Shown piece by piece: positions 56,881 through 64,000 of a stretch of 64,000 nt of DNA (position 1 is the stretch's first letter; each line of letters begins with the position of its first letter). Made by a program: the position numbers and the translations under genes. A model generated the notes under the pieces. That model searched no databases, was not told the DNA's origin, and saw only the letters and a program-made list of their open reading frames with translations. The stretch covers positions 1,565-65,564 of the forward strand of contig JBQTIC010000003.1 of the NCBI GenBank assembly GCA_052388435.1. The letters run 5' to 3'. Source of the stretch: Chromatiales bacterium (GTDB lineage: Bacteria > Pseudomonadota > Gammaproteobacteria > JAJPIJ01).

Positions 56881-56899
56881 GTCGCAACGCCAGCCATCT

Positions 56900-57964
56900 C
56901 TAACTGACGCGCCGGAGCAGTACCAGACCGGCGATGAACACCAGCAGCGTCGGCGCCAGCACGCTGACCACAGGGCTGAGATTGAACACCACACCGAGAT
57001 GCCCTGCCGCCTGATTGAGTATATGAAAGGTGACGCCCACGAGCGAGCCGATGACGATCCGCCCCCCAACGCTGGTGACCCTGGCGGAGGCGAACACCAG
57101 GGGGACGGCGAGAAACACCATGGCTCCCGTGGCCAGTGGGTAGACGATCTTGCTCCACAGCGCCTGCTCGTAGCGCAACGTATTCTGGCTGTTCTCGCGG
57201 AGGTAACCGATGTAGCTCATCAGGTTCCACATCGACAGGTTATTCGGGTTGATGATGACCAGTCCGATGAGCTCCGGGCGCAGCAGTGACTCCCACGCCG
57301 CTCGCGCGATGTGCTGGACGCGGATGCTGTCATCGCCGAAGCTCGTCTGCTTGATGTCCGTCAGCAGCCACTGATTGCTGGTGTACTGGGCTGCCTTGGC
57401 GTAGGTGCTGACCCGCAGCCTGCTGTCCTTGTCGAACTCGTAGATGTAAATGTCCTCGACCCGGTCGCCCGGGAGCACAGTGCGGATGTTGATGAAGCTG
57501 TTACCGTCCCGGGCCCAGAAGCCGTTGCGCGTCTTCAGCGCGATCTGATCGGTCAGCGCCAGGGAGCGCAGACTGCGCGCCATCTGCTCTGAACGCGGAG
57601 CAAGGAACTCGCCGATGAGGATGGCAATCACCACCAGCACGAATCCCGCCTTCATCACCGCCAGGATGGTCTGCCCGAGCGACACACCGGCGGCACGTAC
57701 CGCCACCATCTCGCTGTTGGCCACCAGCGTCCCGAGCCCGAGCAGGGCACCGATAAGCGCCGCAACCGGAAAGAGCTGATAGGTCAGCGCCGGGATCCGC
57801 AGCAAGACGAACTGCAGGGCGACGAGGACGCTGTATCCGCCCCGCCCGACGTCGCTCAGTTCCTCGAGGAAGCTGAAGAAGGTGAACGCCGCCACCAGAA
57901 AAACAATCACCGTCGCGACCGCGCCGGTGATTGTTCTGCCGAGATAACTGTCGAGGATGCGCAC
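56900..57964 (-). CDS. lptG: LPS export ABC transporter permease LptG
   Basis: Aligns to E. coli LptG (LDRY.G.TI, GQG.Y, FP.AALLGALLGLG.L...SE.VVM.A.G, GEW.AP..EQMAR..R, GLWAKDGNNF). Confidence 0.8.
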   Translation of the reverse strand: MRILDSYLGRTITGAVATVIVFLVAAFTFFSFLEELSDVGRGGYSVLVALQFVLLRIPALTYQLFPVAALIGALLGLGTLVANSEMVAVRAAGVSLGQTILAVMKAGFVLVVIAILIGEFLAPRSEQMARSLRSLALTDQIALKTRNGFWARDGNSFINIRTVLPGDRVEDIYIYEFDKDSRLRVSTYAKAAQYTSNQWLLTDIKQTSFGDDSIRVQHIARAAWESLLRPELIGLVIINPNNLSMWNLMSYIGYLRENSQNTLRYEQALWSKIVYPLATGAMVFLAVPLVFASARVTSVGGRIVIGSLVGVTFHILNQAAGHLGVVFNLSPVVSVLAPTLLVFIAGLVLLRRVS

Positions 57965-58070
57965 GGACTTATGGCGTTTTGCGCGCTCTGCTGAAAAGGA
58001 TATAGACTGTCTCGAATCATCATAACATCAGCGAACGAAGCGACATCCGACCATAACCATCGCGACCTCT

Positions 58071-59585
58071 ATGGGTAGCACCATCGTCTTCAGCATCAAG
58101 CACGCCACCCCCGCAAGGCAGCGTTGCGCCTGCGCCATCATCGGCATCTACGAGAACGGCAAGCTCTCCGACGCGGGGGCGGACATCGATCGAGCCTCGC
58201 GCGGACAGCTGCGCACAATCCTGCGGCGCGGTGATATCGAAGGCAAGGTGGCCCAAACGCTGCTGCTGCATAACGTTCCGGGTGTCGCCGCAGAACGGGT
58301 ACTGCTGGTCGGTTGCGGGCAAGAGCGCGAGCTCGATGACGCCAGGTACCGCAAGGTCGTGGTGGCGGCGGCGGCCCGGATATACGAGACCGGCGCGGCG
58401 GACGCGGTGAGTCACCTCGTGGAACTGCCGTTGAAGGGTCGCGACATTTACTGGAAGGTGCGGCAAGGTGTCGAGATCGTGCGCGACAGCGGCTACCGCT
58501 TCGAGCGCCTGAAGACCAAGAAAAACTCGCGGCGGCGTACATTCAAACGGATGACGTTTAACCTGCGCGGGCGTCGGGAGATACCGACCGGAGAGGAGGC
58601 GGTGCGCGACGGCACGGCCATCGCCAACGGCGTGGAGCTGGCCAAGGATCTCGGCAACCTGCCGCCCAACATTTGCACGCCCACCTATCTCGCCGAGCAG
58701 GCGCGCGAACTGTCGCGTCGGCATCGGACGCTCAAAGTCACGGTCATCGATAAGGCGGCAATGGAGAAACTAGGCATGGGCGCGCTGCTGGCTGTCGCAC
58801 GCGGCAGTCATCAACCACCCAAGCTCATCCTCATCGAGTACCGCGGTGGCAAGGTTAACGGCAAGCCTATCGCGCTGGTCGGCAAAGGCGTCACCTTCGA
58901 CTCCGGCGGCATCTCCATCAAACCGGCCGCCAACATGGATGAGATGAAGTTCGACATGTGCGGCGCCGCGAGCGTGCTCGGCACCCTGGGCGCGGCAGCG
59001 GAGCTCAAGCTGCCGCTCCATCTCGTGGGGGCGATCCCGGCGACCGAGAACTTGCCGGGCGGCAGCGCCACCAAGCCCGCTGATGTCGTCACCAGCCTGT
59101 CCGGGCAGACCATTGAGATCCTGAATACCGACGCCGAGGGACGGCTGATCCTCTGCGACGCCATCACCTACACCGACAAGCACTACGAACCGGCGGTGCT
59201 TATCGACATCGCCACGCTGACCGGTGCCTGCGTGATCGCGCTGGGCAACCATGCGACTGGGCTGTTCAGCAACCATGAACCGCTCGCCAGCGCCCTGCTC
59301 GCGGCAGGGCAGTTCACCGGCGACCAGGCCTGGCGGCTGCCGCTGTGGGAGGAGTATCAGTCGCAACTCGACAGCCCGTTCGCCGATATGGCCAACATCG
59401 GCGGCCGCGAGGGCGGTGCCATCACCGCCGCCTGCTTCCTGTCGCGCTTCACCGGCAAACTGCACTGGGCGCATCTCGATATCGCCGGCACGGCATGGCG
59501 CACCGGCAAACAGAAGGGCGCCACCGGCCGTCCCGTGCCGCTGCTGGTGCAGTATCTGCTCAACGCCAGCGCCACGGGCGACTAG
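58071..59585 (+). CDS. pepA: leucyl aminopeptidase
   Basis: M17 peptidase signature NTDAEGRL and near full-length alignment to E. coli PepA. Confidence 0.9.
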   Translation: MGSTIVFSIKHATPARQRCACAIIGIYENGKLSDAGADIDRASRGQLRTILRRGDIEGKVAQTLLLHNVPGVAAERVLLVGCGQERELDDARYRKVVVAAAARIYETGAADAVSHLVELPLKGRDIYWKVRQGVEIVRDSGYRFERLKTKKNSRRRTFKRMTFNLRGRREIPTGEEAVRDGTAIANGVELAKDLGNLPPNICTPTYLAEQARELSRRHRTLKVTVIDKAAMEKLGMGALLAVARGSHQPPKLILIEYRGGKVNGKPIALVGKGVTFDSGGISIKPAANMDEMKFDMCGAASVLGTLGAAAELKLPLHLVGAIPATENLPGGSATKPADVVTSLSGQTIEILNTDAEGRLILCDAITYTDKHYEPAVLIDIATLTGACVIALGNHATGLFSNHEPLASALLAAGQFTGDQAWRLPLWEEYQSQLDSPFADMANIGGREGGAITAACFLSRFTGKLHWAHLDIAGTAWRTGKQKGATGRPVPLLVQYLLNASATGD

Positions 59586-59594
59586 ACCGGGAAG

Positions 59595-60032
59595 ATGACC
59601 CGCATCGACTTTCACGTCCTGCCGGCCACGGGTGACATTGAAACCGATCGCTGGGCGTGCAAGCTGACCGCCAAGGCCTCGCGACAGGGCCATCGCGTAT
59701 ATATCCAGGCGACCTCCGAGGCGCAGGCGCGGCGCCTGGACGAGCTGCTGTGGACCTTCCGCGACGTCAGCTTTCTTCCACACGGCCTGATCGGGGAGGG
59801 GAACGAGGGCGTGACAATTCTTGTCGGCCACGGCGACACGCCGCCTCCGGAGAACGAGGTCATGATCAACCTCGCGCATCCCGTGCCCTCCTTCTTCAGT
59901 CGCTTTGAGCGGGTCGTCGAGATCGTAGCGGCCGACGAGGAGGGCCGTGCCCGGGCCCGTGAGCGCTATCGCTTCTATCAGGAACGCGGCTATTCGCTCA
60001 CCTCGCACAATATCAACGGCGATGACGACTGA
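59595..60032 (+). CDS. holC: DNA polymerase III subunit chi
   Basis: 145 aa. MTRIDFHVL...ELLWTF....F.PH pattern. The pepA-holC-valS synteny is conserved. Confidence 0.85.
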   Translation: MTRIDFHVLPATGDIETDRWACKLTAKASRQGHRVYIQATSEAQARRLDELLWTFRDVSFLPHGLIGEGNEGVTILVGHGDTPPPENEVMINLAHPVPSFFSRFERVVEIVAADEEGRARARERYRFYQERGYSLTSHNINGDDD

Positions 60033-60756
60033 GCCGCCCGACGCGCAGCCGCCGCCGAGTGAGGACAGCGCACAGCGCGACCTCGTCCAGTCGGTCGAAC
60101 TGCTTAGTCAGCTGATCGAGGACAAGCGCGCGGATGCGCGGCTGTGCCAGGCAGCTGGCGGACCGGCGGATACGGACGCATACGGCTCGGCCGCGCTGCC
60201 CGGCGCGGAGGCACAGCAGAGCTTCTACGATCTCTTCGACACGCCCGCAGAGCACGTCTGGCACGACGAGGAATTGCTCGCGGACAGTCGTTTCGCACCG
60301 CCGGACAGCGAAGCGTTGAAGCAAGAGATGCTGGCGGAACTCACCGCACTGATCGACGGCGCCCTGCGGCGGGTCGCGGAAACCGCACGTCAGGCGCTGG
60401 CCCACGAGCTTACCGCGGCGCCGGGCGCGCAAGATCCCAGGGCTGCTCAGTTCCAAGCCGCACCGCTCGCCGGCTCCCCCCGCTCGCTCGCGCACGAAGT
60501 GGGCGCGACCCTGAGCCGCTTTGGGCTCGCGGACGCGCACGATTGCGATCTCTACAGCGAGCTGGAGACCGAAGTGAGCGCCATCCTCACGGAAGGTCTC
60601 GAGCAAATCCGGCGCAATCTCGAATCCGCCGTCGAAAATCTGCTGGCGGCCAGCGCTGATGCGCGCCTGCAGGAGCCCGCGACAAAGTTGCCGACAGGCA
60701 CGAGCGAGGTGGAAACGCCCTTCACAAAAGGCGATAATCCCGAAGGAATTCCATAA
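60022..60756 (+). CDS. hypothetical acidic protein (244 aa, Glu/Asp/Ala-rich, predicted largely helical)
   Basis: Strong GC3 periodicity on the plus strand. Its ATG is embedded in the holC stop (ATGACGACTGA). No recognisable domain. The competing minus-strand ORF lacks codon bias. Confidence 0.5.
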   Translation: MTTEPPDAQPPPSEDSAQRDLVQSVELLSQLIEDKRADARLCQAAGGPADTDAYGSAALPGAEAQQSFYDLFDTPAEHVWHDEELLADSRFAPPDSEALKQEMLAELTALIDGALRRVAETARQALAHELTAAPGAQDPRAAQFQAAPLAGSPRSLAHEVGATLSRFGLADAHDCDLYSELETEVSAILTEGLEQIRRNLESAVENLLAASADARLQEPATKLPTGTSEVETPFTKGDNPEGIP

Positions 60757-61035
60757 CCGGGAACGTCGGCAACAACCAACACGCTTCGGATTCGCTTGCC
60801 ACGGTCGCGCGGCTATCACCGGTGGCCGCTATCATTGAATGGTCACGGGCAGCTTTGCCGGATTGATGCACATCATTCAGGGACGTCACTTCCTCAACAA
60901 CACCGTGCCTGCGCTATTCCTCGTTTACGCGACTACCGCCGTAACCTCCAGTGTGGTTTAGCGCACGGGCTTGCTGCCCGCCATCGCCAGGTATAAACCA
61001 GGCGCTGGCCGAAGGCTGAGTGGGCCCCTTAATCT

Positions 61036-63960
<2,925 letters not shown>

Positions 63961-64000
63961 CCCAGGACCGGCGGTTCGGTTTGCTCATTCGCCGACGAGG

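Noticed and set aside
58770-60008. 412-aa minus-strand ORF antisense to pepA and holC
   Set aside because: pepA and holC are confidently identified on the plus strand. The antisense product is Gly/Arg/Ala-rich.
60013-60819. 268-aa minus-strand ORF opposite the acidic hypothetical protein
   Set aside because: Third-position GC periodicity and a coupled start favour the plus-strand ORF 60022..60756. The minus-strand translation is Arg/Cys-rich and implausible.

Overview
This 64 kb window is a GC-rich (about 66%) gammaproteobacterial chromosome segment. It is densely coding, and I found no transposase, integrase, CRISPR array or recognisable defence system.

Map, from start to end:
- (i) A uncalled, lower-GC stretch at 1..740, followed by a small membrane-protein ORF at 742..945.
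- (ii) A minus-strand block (1037..7217) in Pseudomonas-like order: gshB, a TonB-family gene, yqgE/algH, ruvX(yqgF), pyrR, pyrB and a non-catalytic pyrC'.
- (iii) hemC.
- (iv) A DUF465 gene, then an 813-aa multidomain protein with two cNMP-binding domains, a rhodanese domain, a Pro-rich linker and a roughly 450-aa ER/K-rich helical tail.
- (v) panC, panB, folK and pcnB on the minus strand, in the E. coli/Pseudomonas arrangement but without panD.
- (vi) A tRNA-Glu with a CUC anticodon.
- (vii) A complete system-I cytochrome c maturation operon, ccmABCDEFGHI, including a 58-aa ccmD absent from the ORF track (below its 60-aa cutoff).
- (viii) A four-gene minus-strand operon: a type III polyketide synthase, a SAM methyltransferase, an FAD-dependent oxidoreductase and a secreted cupredoxin. 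The first three resemble the srsABC phenolic-lipid operon.
- (ix) A roughly 27 kb polyamine and omega-amino-acid catabolic supercluster (26.6..53.5 kb). It holds a spuBCDEFGH-like operon, divergent puuA-puuB, a CNNM/CBS membrane protein, and a poly-gamma-glutamate-hydrolase-family protein. It also holds a Bcp-type peroxiredoxin, a SnoaL-like protein, patD, and a second polyamine ABC importer with panD embedded antisense in it. It ends with puuC, puuR and a bauA-ald-mmsA operon.
- (x) Two tandem paralogous secreted alpha/beta hydrolases.
- (xi) lptG without lptF, pepA, holC, a 244-aa acidic hypothetical protein whose start codon overlaps the holC stop, and valS.

Two loci (37145..37535 and 56409..56880) read as multiply frameshifted genes, which are either pseudogenes or sequence errors.

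The most interesting items:
- The PKS/methyltransferase/flavoprotein operon extended by a cupredoxin.
- The cNMP-rhodanese-helical giant protein.
- The absence of a PuuD/SpuA-type gamma-glutamyl hydrolase from an otherwise complete puu/spu island, with a PghP-like zinc gamma-glutamyl hydrolase as a candidate replacement.
- panD relocated antisense inside an ABC transporter operon next to beta-alanine catabolism genes.
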